64,000 bases of DNA from NCBI GenBank assembly GCA_009914755.4, contig CP068257.2, forward strand, positions 42,144,001 through 42,208,000, read 5' to 3'. Below the pieces are notes generated by a model. The model had not been told where the DNA came from. It did not search any database and worked only from the letters and a program-made list of their open reading frames with translations. Source of the DNA: the human T2T-CHM13v2.0 reference genome, Homo sapiens. Shown one piece after another: positions 1-12,492 of this stretch; position 1 is the first letter of the stretch; each line of letters starts with the position of its first letter. Position numbers and translations under genes: made by a program.

Positions 1-199
1 CGCCATTCTCCTGCCTCAGCCTCCTGAGTAGCTGGGACTACAGGCGCCCGCCACCACGCTCAGCTAATTTTTTGTGTTTTTAGTAGAGACGGGGTTTCAC
101 CGTGTTAGCCAGGATGGTCTCGATCTCCTGACCTCATGATCCGCCCGCCTCGGCCTCCCAAAGTGCTGGGATTACAGGCGTGAGCCACCGCGCCCGGCC
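1..199 (-). mobile_element. Alu SINE, cut by left window edge
   Basis: reverse-complement Alu consensus ending ...ggcgtgagccaccgcgcccggcc at ~199. Confidence 0.9.
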
Positions 200-284
200 A
201 ACGCCACAACTGTTAACAGTGTGCCATAGTTGCTTATCTGCATACACATATGTGCGTGTAATGATTTACTTTTTTGCAGAATGA

Positions 285-710
<426 letters not shown>

Positions 711-739
711 ACACCCCTGGTTTTAAAAATAAAGTTTCG

Positions 740-897
740 AGCCGAGAGTGGTGGCGCCCGTGGTCCCAGCTCCTCGGGAGGCTGAGGCTGGGGGATCCCT
801 GGAGCCCGCGAGGCAAAGGCTGCAGTGAGCCGAGATCGCGCCTTGCACTCCAGCGTGGGTAACAGAGCGAGACCCTGTCTCAGGAAAAAAATACAAG
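740..897 (+). mobile_element. Alu right-arm fragment with A-tail
   Basis: gtggtggcgcccgtggtcccagctcctcgggaggctgaggc...gcactccagcgtgggtaacagagcgagaccctgtctc(a)n. Confidence 0.85.
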
Positions 898-1131
898 TGG
901 GGTTATAAATAAAATGAGATTAAAAAACAACAGATCTTTGCCTCAGAATCCCGACCCACCGCAGCCCCAGCGAGGCGCAGGCGCAGGCGCAGGCGCGCGC
1001 TCGCTGGTTCCGCCCATGCGCACAGGCAGGGAGCGCGCGCCCCCTCTGTAGCCTTCGGCCTCCGGGGGCTGCAGTTGCGCGGCTCGGCCACTGCGCGGCG
1101 GTGGCGTGCGCCTGGGCGGTGTCGCGGGCTG

Positions 1132-1139
1132 TGACGTCA
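1132..1139. promoter_or_regulatory. perfect palindromic CRE/ATF site TGACGTCA about 100 bp upstream of RRP1 ATG
   Basis: gctgTGACGTCAcgcc seen directly in sequence. Confidence 0.5.
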
Positions 1140-1240
1140 CGCCACGCGCCGGGGCCAGGAGGAGGCGGGCGCAGGAGGCGCGTGCTCAGTGTGCTGGGTA
1201 CCAGGCGACTCCGGGACAGGGGGTCTCGGCCGTCGGCGTC

Positions 1241-1373
1241 ATGGTTTCGCGCGTGCAGCTCCCGCCTGAGATCCAGCTGGCTCAGCGCCTGGCGGGGAAT
1301 GAGCAGGTGACCCGGGACCGGGCGGTGAGGAAGCTCCGGAAATACATCGTCGCCAGGACTCAGCGGGCCGCAG
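1241..1373 (+). CDS. RRP1: RRP1 exon 1 (coding part), MVSRVQLPPEIQLAQRLAGNEQVTRDRAVRKLRKYIVARTQRAA-
   Basis: ATG in Kozak context gtcATGg; ORF reads the RRP1/NOP52 N-terminus; donor cag|GTtggcg; ends in phase 1. Confidence 0.9.
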
Positions 1374-1893
1374 GTTGGCGGGGGTGTGGGCGGCTGGCGT
1401 CTCGGGGGCCGGCTGGGCTGGTGCGGGTGTGGGCGGCGGCGGCCGGAGCTGGGGGCCCTCCGAGCCCTGTGGAACCTCCACGTGGCCGGGCCGGGCAGGC
1501 GGGGTCCACTGGCCTGTTCCCGCTGTTACCGGCCCACGGCCCCCGCCGCCGCTTTCCCTCGTGGTGCGGTGACTCTGGTCCCTCTGCGAGAACGCTCCTC
1601 CCCAGCCCCGTAACCCCTTTCCTAGCTCAGGCGTCCCCTCCCTCCAGTAGACCATGTACTCCTGCTGCCCTGCTGTTTGGGCACCCAGTATTTTTCCCTC
1701 ATGGCAGCATTTCCCACTGTTTGCAGTTTTCTGTTTTGCGTTAATTATTGGATTGTTTTCCGATTTCCACTCGAGAGTACCTCTCTGAGGGCCGAGAATC
1801 TACTTCTTGTTCATGGTACCAGGTGGTTCTCCGAGCGTGGTCCCCCATCAGCAGTAGCATCCCCTGGACATTTGTTAGAAATACACGTTCTAT

Positions 1894-2030
1894 GCCGGGC
1901 GCAGTGGCCCAAGCCTGTAATCCCAGCTACTTGGCACGTCGATGTGGGAGGATCACAAAGGCCCAGGAGTCCAGCCTGGGCAACATAGCAAGACTCCATT
2001 TCCATCGCAAAAGAAAAGAAAGAAATGCAA
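1894..2030 (+). mobile_element. Alu left-monomer fragment
   Basis: gccgggcgcagtggcccaagcctgtaatcccagctacttgg... then A-rich tail. Confidence 0.8.
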
Positions 2031-2202
2031 GTTCTAGGATCCCAGCCCTACTAAATCAGGACTGGCATCTGCTTTATGAAGCTGTTCAAGTGCTTCTGCT
2101 CCCCACACTCAGCCTGAGAACCACTGCTGCAGGAACAGGTTGCCAGACACATAGGACTTCAGTGAATGTCAACTGAGTAATGTTTTAAATTAAAATTTTT
2201 TG

Positions 2203-2501
<299 letters not shown>

Positions 2502-2960
2502 TCAGTAATTTCTGTTTCTCTCGTAGTCTGAATGCCTGAGTTCACTTTCTTCTTTTAGTATTTGAGATATATTACAGGAGAGTGCAGAAGCCCTCAGTAT
2601 AATGCTGGATGAATTATCACCAACAGATTAACCTTGTGGCCACTGTCCAGCTTAGGAAACCGTCAAGGTTCGCAATTTTGAATTTCCAAAATGGAGTATG
2701 GTGCCTGATACCTTGTAGATCTCAGTCGGTTTTACTGTGTGCGTGAAGTAGCAGTTACCTGGAGTAGCCGCATAGCCACAGGCGCGGCAGGTTCTGGGTT
2801 AGAAGGATTGTTTGAAGGGGAGGGCCAGATTCTGCCCCCCAGTTGCCTTTACCGTAAGTGGGACTTTGGTCTCATTCAGGCAGTCACGTTTCTGTGGCTT
2901 CCTTTCTGGCACTCGAAGGTGTGGGATTCATTTGGTCCAACCGTTGCTGTTTTGATGCAG

Positions 2961-3043
2961 GTGGTTTTACGCACGACGAGCTGCTGAAGGTGTGGAAAGG
3001 ACTGTTTTATTGCATGTGGATGCAGGACAAGCCACTCCTCCAG
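2961..3043 (+). CDS. RRP1: RRP1 exon 2 -GGFTHDELLKVWKGLFYCMWMQDKPLLQ
   Basis: acceptor ttttgatgcag|GT, donor cag|GTGAGTg; completes Gly codon from exon 1 and keeps frame. Confidence 0.9.
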
Positions 3044-3118
3044 GTGAGTGGGGGGAGCAGCAGAGCAGGTACAGAAGCAGCGGGGGAGGATGGATGGGCA
3101 TCTGGTCAACCCAGTTTT

Positions 3119-3460
<342 letters not shown>

Positions 3461-4039
3461 TAGCCTTGACGCTTGGTTCGGCACGGCTGGTGGGCCTGGG
3501 CCTTTGTTAGGTGAGTCTTACACTTGCTGAGGTGTTGATGTGATTGACTGAGCCGTGCACTGCAGCAGCACTGGCATGGGTGAAAACTGGGTTTTGTGTT
3601 TGTCCTGGGTTGCAAACAAGTGCTGAAATAGTGGAAACCACGGGGCGGAATTCAAGTCTCCTGAGACAAGGACGTCTCCTGCTAGCCTTTTCCAAACATT
3701 GTTTCTCAAATTGTGAATTTTGTGCTCTCCTTCAAAATCTCCTGGGTGGTGAGGGTACTTAGTTAAGTTCAGGTTCCTGGGCCATATTCCATGCCCACTG
3801 AATTATCAAGGGGAGGCTGTGAAATGTCCCTTAGCAAGTATTCTGGGCGATGGCTGGCACGGTGATGTAGGCAGATAGCCAGTGATCTATGGGGTCTCGC
3901 AGCCCTCTTCCTCCTGATGGTTAGGGGGCTGTGAGTCCCAAGGCTCCCTTCCGCTCTCCCACGTCCCTCTTTAACCGTGACTCTGTGGCTTAGGGCACAG
4001 CCTCTGTCAAGAGGGCAGTGCCTGCTGTGGTTGTGTGAG

Positions 4040-4120
4040 AGGCTGTTGACCCCAGCTGTCTAGAGGGGCCTCCCGTGGTTGTGTGAGAGCCTGTTGACCC
4101 TGGCTGTAGAGGGGTCTTTT
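4040..4120. repeat. tandem duplication of ~40-bp unit (tggttgtgtgagaggctgttgaccc..gctgt.tagagggg) x2; (GAGT/GGGT)n microsatellite at 4182-4212 close by
   Basis: seen directly in sequence. Confidence 0.7.
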
Positions 4121-4282
4121 GGAGCAGGGGTGAAACCTCCAGTGCACTGAGCTGAGACCCCCTGGAAGCCGACTCTCTGTGATGAGTGAGTGAGTGAGTG
4201 GGTGAGTGGGTGGTTGCGTGTGTGTCATTGTGAGAGCCTGGTGCTTCAGGGGCTGAGGGCGTTTTTGTTGTTTCCTACACAG

Positions 4283-4340
4283 GAAGAATTAGGAAGGACT
4301 ATTTCCCAGCTCGTTCATGCTTTTCAGACCACGGAGGCGC
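4283..4340 (+). CDS. RRP1: RRP1 exon 3 EELGRTISQLVHAFQTTEA-
   Basis: acceptor tttcctacacag|GAAG, donor gcgc|GTGAGTat; ends in phase 1. Confidence 0.9.
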
Positions 4341-4929
4341 GTGAGTATGCTCTGCTGTAGTTGGGTGCATTTGTAGATGTCAGAACCTCTGAGCATCAGA
4401 GCCACCAGACCCAGGAGGTTTGTGTTCTCAAATCCAGAGTAAGGAATGCCTAAGGGCAAGAGAGCGCCAGCTGGTGTCTGTGGGTGCTTAGCATGTGTGC
4501 AGTGCTGGTGTAAGTATTCAACATGGATTAGCTCATTTACCCAAAACCCTCATTTCGAGCCTAATGGGCTAATATCTTACACTTTAAAAATAAAGTGAAA
4601 AGCCAGGATAATGTCACCAAGAGATTGGACTGAATTCCGCCTGATGGTCCTGAGGTTCCTGCAGTTGATTTTTCTGACTCCTCTGTTCTCTGGTGACCGG
4701 AGTTGAGAAGTTCTTACCCTGCCTGTCTGTAGGACTCACTTGAGGAGCCTCTAAAAATCCTCATGTCCAGATCCTGGTCCAGCAAGATCCAGTTCTGGGG
4801 GTAGGGCCTGGGCATCAGCATTTTTTATCTATAGCTATGTAAAGAACGGGTTCCTCCATGTTCTCACCTCCCTCCCCAGAGTGGCTTCGTGCTCCTCAGT
4901 GGTTCTCTTCTGGCTTATTCCTTCTCCAG

Positions 4930-5015
4930 AGCACCTGTTCCTTCAGGCCTTCTGGCAGACCATGAATCGCGAGTGGACGGGCATTGACAGGCTGCGCCTG
5001 GATAAATTCTACATG
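4930..5015 (+). CDS. RRP1: RRP1 exon 4 -QHLFLQAFWQTMNREWTGIDRLRLDKFYM
   Basis: acceptor ttccttctccag|AGCAC, donor acatg|GTGAGg. Confidence 0.9.
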
Positions 5016-6799
5016 GTGAGGCAGCCACCAGGGTGCCGGCGGGCGGGGGCAGCGCGGGTCTCAGTGCCTGGCCAAGCGAGACAGGCGGCACCTGGGCAGG
5101 GAGGCAACCTGAGGCAGTGCGACCCTGAAGCCAGGGGTGGGAGGTGGAGCCGAGACTCTGGGCGGTCCCTGACCAGGGCTCTGCAGCTTTGTCCAGTCTC
5201 TGAGGGTCATTGAATGGGCAAGGAATTCGACCCTTAAAACACCACACAAACTTTTGGTTCAGAGAAGGAAAGTGACGATTGCTCTCCTGGTGAGAGTCGA
5301 TGGTGACACCGTTGTTACCTTGTCAAAGAGGCAGAGTGAGTCTGGAGGCGCAGCAGAGGAGCTGCGGTCACGCCCTAGCATGAGCCCTGGAGTGCTTAGC
5401 CTGCGAGGCTGGGATGGATGGTCACAGTGTGGGACTTCCTTTCCCTCCTCCCTCATTGTATCCCCGTTCAGGGCACTGATTTGCCCTGAGAATACAGGGG
5501 AACACTGGGGTTTAGAGGTGCAGCGTGTTGCTGCCCGGACCTGCTTCTCTCCTTCCCTCCTTCCCTCTTGTTGAACCATGAGGTCTCGTTACTAAGGTGG
5601 TGGTCATTGTAACCTTAGAGCAGGCCTGAGATACAGGGACATTGTCACTGTGTAGGAGTCGGTCACCCAATGGGGACACTGAAAGGGGCCATGTCCGGGT
5701 CTCACTGAGGACAGATGTTGATCTGCCACTCTGGCTTCAGTGTCCAGCTCAGATTCGGGCCAGGATTGTGCAGACAGCATATATACCAGTGATTCTAGAA
5801 GTGGAGACCAGGGCGGGAAAGGCCTGGAGCTCAAGAAGGAAGGAGGCTCCAGGGCAGGCCAGGGGCCCGGCCATGCACTCAGACAGAGTGCAGACTCTTA
5901 GGGACAATGGGGCTCTGCAGGGAGGCCACCCTACTGTTTTGCTGAGATGTGGCTGCTGGGTCCCTGGATGGATGCGTTCTGCTGCTTTCCATGGCTCGTT
6001 TCTGGGTGCCCCTTGTGTGGCTGAGTCCAGCAGCACAGCCTTGCGTCAGGGCTAGCCTCGGTGGCACCGCAGGGTGTTGTGGGGGATAGGCCTCCTGTGT
6101 CTGCAAGAACAGTGTCCGGGCTGCTGGGCTGTGCTCTGTCATCGGGGCTCCTGGGGGTCCGCGTGTCCTCTGCTGCTACTGACTGCAGCTCAGACCCCAC
6201 TCTGGGCGTGTGGGCATGCTGGGTCAGTAGCCTAAAGGGGGGACAACTGCAGAAGGGTGTTGAGCCCCATGGAGGGAAATGGCATTGTTGATTCACGGGT
6301 GAGGCTTGGCGGGAGGGCCTTCGCTGTGTAGTGGACCGCAGAGGAAGTGAGCTACATTCTGCCCGTTGCGGGGGGTTTGGTGAGGACCAGCCGTGTTTCA
6401 GACCTGGTTTTGCGGAGGGCTCCACCGCCCGTGGGGGTAGCCGTGCCTCTTTCCTGGTTCTCCCTTATGAATCGGACTGTTCCGTTTCAGCCCCGGTTTA
6501 TGGACTGGAGTCGTAGGACTGTCCCCTATTACCCCCGACCCCCCATGCACCTGCTTCCTGCCAGCTGGGGCCTTGGAGCCGGGGATAGGGCATGTTCTCA
6601 GCCCAGGGTTCTGAGGGCTTGGTGGTGTGTCCTCCAGCGTCTGTCTGTCAGCAGCTCTGGGGGCCGGCTGTGTGCTGGGGCCGGCAGAGGTCACCACGGC
6701 CATGACTTTATCCTGCAGCGGATGGTGGTACATGGGGATGGGTGGTCTGGCGAAGTAGGGCTGGGCTTCTGCTAACGCCAATCTCCTTCTGTGTCAAAG

Positions 6800-6861
6800 C
6801 TCATGCGGATGGTCCTGAACGAGTCCTTGAAGGTTCTGAAGATGCAAGGCTGGGAAGAAAG
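6800..6861 (+). CDS. RRP1: RRP1 exon 5 LMRMVLNESLKVLKMQGWEE(R)
   Basis: acceptor ctgtgtcaaag|CTC, donor gaaag|GTGGGTg; ends in phase 2. Confidence 0.9.
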
Positions 6862-7166
6862 GTGGGTGCGCGGCGGGCCTGCTCTGGGGGGACGCTGTTC
6901 TCGGGGACCGCAGTCGTGTTTGTCATTTGATTCTTTGCCATAAGGAGATGTCAGCCTTTATATTAACGCATGCCCCCAATCGTGCTTAGAGAGAAGATAG
7001 TTTTTAAAGTAAAAATCAGTTTGTGTGTTTGTGGAAATGATGCCATTTATCCTCAGGCTTGGAGGCCAGTTCTCACTGGGAGTCAGAAGGGAGTTTTTTA
7101 ATGAAAGGGTGTCCAGCCGAGGAGCTTCTTATAAAAACACGGCATGTTCCGCTTCATTAGCAATGC

Positions 7167-7428
7167 TTTTTGTTTTTTTGAAATAGGTGTCACTGTTGCC
7201 TAGGCTGGAGTGCAGTGGCGTGATCTTGGCTCAACTACAGCCTTGACCTCCCGGGCTCAAGTGATCCTCCTGCCTCAGCCGCCCAACTGGCTGGGACTGC
7301 AGATGTGCACCACCAGGCCCACGTAATTTTTGTATCTTTTTTTGGTAGAGACGAGTTCTGTCCTGTTGCCCAGGCTTGTCTCAAACTCTTGGGCTCAAAC
7401 AATCTGCCTGCCTAGGCCTCCCAAGTTG
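7167..7428 (-). mobile_element. Alu SINE (intron 5), truncated at its 5' end
   Basis: poly-T then gaaataggtgtcactgttgcctaggctggagtgcagtggcgtgatc... Confidence 0.85.
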
Positions 7429-7471
7429 TAAGCAATGTTAATTGCTCCTAATTCTAAAAATATGTAAATTG

Positions 7472-7740
7472 GCTGGGCGCGGTGGCTCACATCTGTAATC
7501 CCAGCACTTTGGGAGGCCGAGGCGGGCAGATCACAAGGTCAAGAGATCGAGACCATCCTGGCCACCATGGTGAAACCGTGTCTCTACTAAAAGTACAAAA
7601 ATTAGATAAATGCATAGAAAAGAATTAGCAGGCTGGTTATGGTGGGTTAAGGGGATCTCTTGAGCCCAGGAGTTTGAGGCTGCAGTGATCTGTGACTGAG
7701 CCACTGCACTCTAGCCTAGGTGATAGAGTGAGATTCTGGT
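7472..7740 (+). mobile_element. Alu SINE (intron 5) with a ~45-bp internal insertion; forms an inverted pair with the 7167-7428 Alu
   Basis: ggctgggcgcggtggctcacatctgtaatcccagcactttgggaggccgaggcggg... Confidence 0.85.
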
Positions 7741-9032
7741 TTTTTGTTTTTTTTTTTTAAAGAATCAGCAGGAATTGAACTGTGGCTGCTGAGTTTCTCT
7801 AGGTTTGAGTTGCATGGGTGATTTTGCATTTAGGGCAGCGGTGCCTCTGGTTTGGAGGGATTTTCATTCTTCTATTCCCTGGCAGGACTCTGATGCCAGG
7901 AGTCTCATTCATTCTGGGCCTTAGCATTGTGGATTACCCCATAGGGGTCTCATGGCTTAAGCTGAATTAAATGTTAAAGGGATGATTTTACTTGTGTTAA
8001 CTTTTTTTGGCATATTATTACAAGAGTACTTTTCTCCCTGTAACTGAGAATTCAGCACAGGAATCATGTGGAAGACCTCGGTGCCTTCCCCCAATGCCTG
8101 CTGCGGTCCCAGTGCTGACAGTGGGGTCCGCTCTTCCCGCCCTCTTGGATCTCCTGCAGGCATAACCAGGCTGTCATTAATATCCACGCCATTGCCACTG
8201 GCCTGGGAAGTCGGTCCCTTGCATCTGTGTGTCTTCCTCTTGGTCTCAGCACCTGTTCTTGCCTCTGTCTCGTTTTTCCTGAGCCTTAGAGAGCATCACT
8301 TTTCCTTTCCATCACGAGTGATTCTCCAGCCTTGCTACGGAGCTTCCTAAGGATCACACAGTTTACAGATCTGAGTTAGGCAGCTGCGTTATTAAGCACC
8401 CCAGGAGGTCCAGATGCATGTAGGTGCTACACATTATTCTCTGGGGCTGTCTAGTCTTCAGATCCAGGGCCTGTGATGCCATCAAACCCGCCTGCCAGGG
8501 AGAGCTCTGGTGGACGTCACAGTTGGAATGCGTCGTGCGGCAGGGCCCAGGAAGCCAGCAGGTGGCTCATGGTCCTCGGCCCCTTTCTGGGCCTCCACCT
8601 TCCTTTCTCTGCCTGTGCTGTCCTGACGTGTCTTCCCCAGCGGTACCCAGTGGAGGCAGTGGAGAGGAACACCAGGCAGGGCGTCTCGTCTCAGCCAAGC
8701 CTTTCTCTCTGCTAGCAATCTTGAGGACAGAGGGAAGGCCTGTCTGAATGTTTACACGTGCTGCATTTTGTAGCTGACATGCACACTCAGGCCATACGTT
8801 CTGGTGGTGGTGCTGGTCACATAACTCCCTAACTGCAAGACTGCCTTGCGCTGGAGGAGACCTAGGATCGTTGATATCATCTGCGTGGACTTTAAGGCTG
8901 GCATGTTTGCAGACAGTGGCGCCTGCCCGCACTTAGGTTCCCATCAGAGCGTGTAACCATGGGAGAGTGGGGGGCACGGCTGTCTTGGGGCTCATCGAGG
9001 CTGCCTGTCATGTTTGCTTTTTCTTTCCTCAG

Positions 9033-9162
9033 ACAGATCGAGGAGCTGCTAGAGCTGCTGATGACTGAGATCCTGCACCCCAGCAGCCAGGCCCCCAACG
9101 GTGTGAAGAGCCACTTCATCGAGATCTTCCTGGAGGAGCTGACCAAAGTGGGCGCCGAGGAG
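9033..9162 (+). CDS. RRP1: RRP1 exon 6 (R)QIEELLELLMTEILHPSSQAPNGVKSHFIEIFLEELTKVGAEE
   Basis: acceptor ttctttcctcag|ACAG, donor gaggag|GTGAGGct. Confidence 0.9.
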
Positions 9163-9241
9163 GTGAGGCTGGGCTCCGACGGGGCGGTGGAGCTGGGCGT
9201 TTGTGGAGGAGGAACTGAGCTCCCGCTGGCTTTCCCCGTAG

Positions 9242-9306
9242 CTTACGGCAGACCAGAACCTGAAGTTCATCGACCCCTTCTGCAGAATTGCTGCCCGGAC
9301 CAAGGA
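9242..9306 (+). CDS. RRP1: RRP1 exon 7 LTADQNLKFIDPFCRIAARTK(D)
   Basis: acceptor tttccccgtag|CTT, donor aagga|GTAAGTgg. Confidence 0.9.
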
Positions 9307-9517
9307 GTAAGTGGTGGGTGGCCTGATCGGGCCCGACTCCTTCACTGAGTTCTTCCATGGGGCTGCTGTTGTGGGGGTGCTGCTCCCTCGAGGGATGAAT
9401 CTGTCTCAGAGTGGCCGCTGGCCGTGTGGGTGGGGAGAGGTTGCAGGGGAGTCGGCGGCTTCCGCTTGGGAATCCAGCATAACGGGCCTGCTCACCGGCC
9501 TCTGCTCTGCCCCTCAG

Positions 9518-9711
9518 TTCCTTGGTTTTGAACAACATCACTCGAGGCATCTTTGAGACGATTGTGGAGCAGGCCCCGCTTGCCATTGAAGACCTCCTGA
9601 ATGAACTGGACACACAGGATGAGGAGGTGGCGTCGGACAGTGATGAGTCCTCTGAGGGTGGTGAGCGTGGAGACGCGCTGTCCCAGAAGAGGTCTGAGAA
9701 GCCGCCCGCAG
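9518..9711 (+). CDS. RRP1: RRP1 exon 8 (D)SLVLNNITRGIFETIVEQAPLAIEDLLNELDTQDEEVASDSDESSEGGERGDALSQKRSEKPPA(G); acidic/serine-rich
   Basis: acceptor ctgcccctcag|TTCC, donor cccgcag|GTGGGGgt. Confidence 0.9.
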
Positions 9712-10991
9712 GTGGGGGTCACACTGCGCCTGGCTTCTCCTCGGGGCCTGTCCTGGGCTGAGCCAGTGCGATCTCCTGCTGGGTTGCTCCTGCCACCTCC
9801 TACCTGGTCCCCTTGTCTCTGCCCCTCTCCACAGTCCATCCTCAGCATAGAAGCCAGAGTGACTTCTGTGGGCACCAAGCACACGTCGTTTCCCCTCATC
9901 CCCCAGCCTCTGATGTGCTCCACGCCCTCTCCGGACCCCTGGGCTCCTCGGTCTAACGCATGCCTCTGGCTCAGTTGGCCCCCTAGACTCGTTCCTGCCT
10001 TGGTGCCGAGTCTCTCCGTCCCTCCCACCGTCTCTCCCCCCATCACTCTCTGGGGCTGGACTCTTTCAGCCTCCTGGCCTCTCCCAGCCCCCAACGCAGT
10101 CCTCCCCATAGCGTCACTCTGTGGCACGGGATGTGAATCACTTGCTCCTCGTGTTCCTCGTTCCTGGCCCGTCTCCCCAGAGGACAGCAAGCTCTGTCCA
10201 TATTGACCATGACTGGGTTCAGGCCTGAGACCTCAGGGCACCTGACTGCTCTGTGTGCAGTGTGTGTGAGGGGCAGGTGTACTCACCTGCCCCTCACTGC
10301 CTGCCAGAGGCCTCTGTGGGCAGCCGTGGGGTCCAGCCTGGCCCATTTTTTGTTTTGATGCTGCACTCATTGTCCGAGCCTGCTGGGTGGTCTGAGCTCT
10401 AAGTGTGGCATCCTGGTGCTGTGGAGGGCATGTCTTTGACCACGCTCAGGACCCCAGTATGCCCCAAATCAGTGCTGTGGCCACTGTTCCCCTTGGCTTC
10501 CTAATCAGAAGACCCCCTCCCCACCGCCCCCAGCACTTGGCCCGGCCACCCTGTATGCTTCTCCCTGGTCTCTGCCTTGCCCTTCTCTCTCAGTAGCTGA
10601 GGTGCCTGGCAGGTCCGCTAGTGCCTGCTGCTGGCCCCCTGCTGCCAGCTACAGAGCAGACCCTTGTCACATGCTGCCCCACAGCTGCCTGTTGCCCAAA
10701 AACCTTTCTTCTGCAGACAGTGCCATCAAAGCCCCAAATGCCCAGCCTAGCTCGAGCACCCAGCCGAAACATCAGCTCCCACAGCTTCTGGACCAGGCCA
10801 CCCTGAGGCTCCTCACTTCCAGAACTTTTGACATGGCCTTTGTTGCCCAAGATGCCAGCTTGTAGTCAGCCACTCAGGGCTGTGTAGGCACCTGTGCCCT
10901 GGGACATCTTTTTTTCCTTTGCAGGCCTGAGGTGGCACCTCTCATCCTGTCCATACGAGATTAGAGGTCACATGGCACCTAGTATCTGCCT

Positions 10992-11110
10992 TGAGCTGTG
11001 GGCTTTCCCGCCTGTGCCCATGTTCTGACCAGGGTGCAGGGTGGGCTGTCCGTTCCCGGGTGTTTCCCGCCTGTGCCCGTGCTCCGACCAGGGTGCACGG
11101 AGCGGGCTCT
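10992..11110. repeat. tandem duplication, 2 copies of ~58-bp unit (tttcccgcctgtgcccrtg.tc.gaccagggtgca.gg...) in intron 8, ~70 bp upstream of the exon 9 acceptor
   Basis: seen directly in sequence. Confidence 0.75.
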
Positions 11111-11180
11111 CCATTCCTGGATGTTTGGGGCCAGCACACGTTGGGCACAGGTAGGGTTCACGGGGTCCCTTTTGTTCCAG

Positions 11181-11260
11181 GCTCCATCTGCAGGGCTGAA
11201 CCTGAGGCTGGTGAGGAGCAGGCAGGTGACGACAGGGACAGTGGCGGCCCCGTTCTCCAG
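11181..11260 (+). CDS. RRP1: RRP1 exon 9 (G)SICRAEPEAGEEQAGDDRDSGGPVLQ
   Basis: acceptor ttttgttccag|GCTCC, donor ctccag|GTGGGTtc. Confidence 0.9.
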
Positions 11261-11839
11261 GTGGGTTCCCTGGGCTCATGGCTGTGCCCTCAGCCTTTGC
11301 CCCTCTGTGCTACCGCTTGCTCTGGAAGAGGAGGGGGGCGTTAGGAGGGAGGATGGCAGCTGTTGGCATGGAGAGTTACCCGGACAGGGGTTAGCTTTGA
11401 AGGAGGGATGGGTGCCCCAACCCTGCCCGCCTGTAGACGAGTGGGATCATTGAGAGTGGGGCTGGGGCCTGGGAAAGTGGGGCTGGGGCCTGGGAGGGTG
11501 GGCTCAGGCAGAACTGCATTATCCAGGGCTGGCCTCACCTCACGCTGTCCTCTTGCCTCACACATGGGCAGCCCCCCAGATTTCCTGCGGCCCCCTCGTT
11601 GGGGTGCTGGTGGGGAATGAGATGGCATGTGCCAAGCGGCTGGCCTGTGGGTCCCAGCGAGGAATCCACTCAGCCAGTGGGGTCTGACTTCAGGCAAATT
11701 GGAAACTTAAATGTTTTAAGTTTTAAATATGATTATCTGCAGACTGAATAAAATGTGGCTATCTTGGGTTAAAATTGATCAATTTAACCTATGTTGTTCG
11801 TGCTTGTCTGTGTGGTTCCTAGAGTGGTAAAGCTGCAGG

Positions 11840-11950
11840 CAGGCTACCGGCGGGCGTGTGCCCTGCAGTGTGCCCCGCAGTGTGCATCTTCCAGAGTGTG
11901 CCCCGCAGTGCGTGCCCCGCAGTGCGCCCGCAGCTTGTGTGGTGCCCGCT
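11840..11950. repeat. short minisatellite of ~12-bp unit gtgccccgcagt(g/c) (intron 9)
   Basis: seen directly in sequence, ~7 degenerate copies. Confidence 0.6.
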
Positions 11951-12127
11951 GTGCTGTAGAGTGGGTGGAGCTGCAGGACCCTCAGTGAGGGTGGGCTGTG
12001 TTCCTGTGAGCCGGGTGGAGAACCTGCAAGTGGGACCAAGTGCTATCTGGGTCTCAGGGGTTCCACGTTCTCGGAGCACGCAGAGCGTGGCTGACCTTGC
12101 CTCTGTGACGTCTCTCTTTTGAAACAG

Positions 12128-12225
12128 TTTGACTACGAGGCAGTTGCTAACAGACTGTTTGAAATGGCCAGCCGCCAGAGCACCCCTTCTCAGAACAGAA
12201 AGCGTCTCTACAAAGTGATCCGGAA
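12128..12225 (+). CDS. RRP1: RRP1 exon 10 FDYEAVANRLFEMASRQSTPSQNRKRLYKVIR(K)
   Basis: acceptor ttttgaaacag|TTTG, donor cggaa|GTGAGTgtg. Confidence 0.9.
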
Positions 12226-12472
12226 GTGAGTGTGTGAGGGCGCTGCGTCCTCCCTGCTCCCCTTGGAGTTGCCCTTTCTTGCTCAGATCTGGGTGCCTTT
12301 GCCTTGTCCTGGGCCCTTCCGCAGCCCCCGGGGTGATCCCCGCTAGGACCCTGAGACCGTCCCCAGCCCCTGGGGTTCCCCTGGCTAGGAACCTGCAGCC
12401 GCTCTAGCTGGAGCTTCCTCCTCCTGCGGAAGCCGCAGCTGTGGTAAGTGGGTATCTGTCTTACTCTTTCAG

Positions 12473-12492
12473 GCTGCAGGACCTGGCAGGAG
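12473..12492 (+). CDS. RRP1: RRP1 exon 11, 20-nt micro-exon (K)LQDLAG(G)
   Basis: acceptor ttactctttcag|GCTGCAGG, donor gcaggag|GTGAGGat; needed to keep the frame between exons 10 and 12. Confidence 0.85.

Larger units (their letters stand above)
940..1660 (+). promoter_or_regulatory. RRP1: CpG island / RRP1 core promoter and 5'UTR region
   Basis: very high CpG density and GC content, (GCAGGC)x4 at ~968-990, lies immediately 5' of and over exon 1; TSS not determinable from sequence. Confidence 0.7.

Noticed and set aside
1106-1744. Track ORF suggesting a 45-aa N-terminal extension of RRP1 (MRLGGVAGCDV..)
   Set aside because: Its start is GTG, because the ORF caller allows alternative starts, and the stretch contains no in-frame ATG. 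The first ATG in good Kozak context is at 1241.
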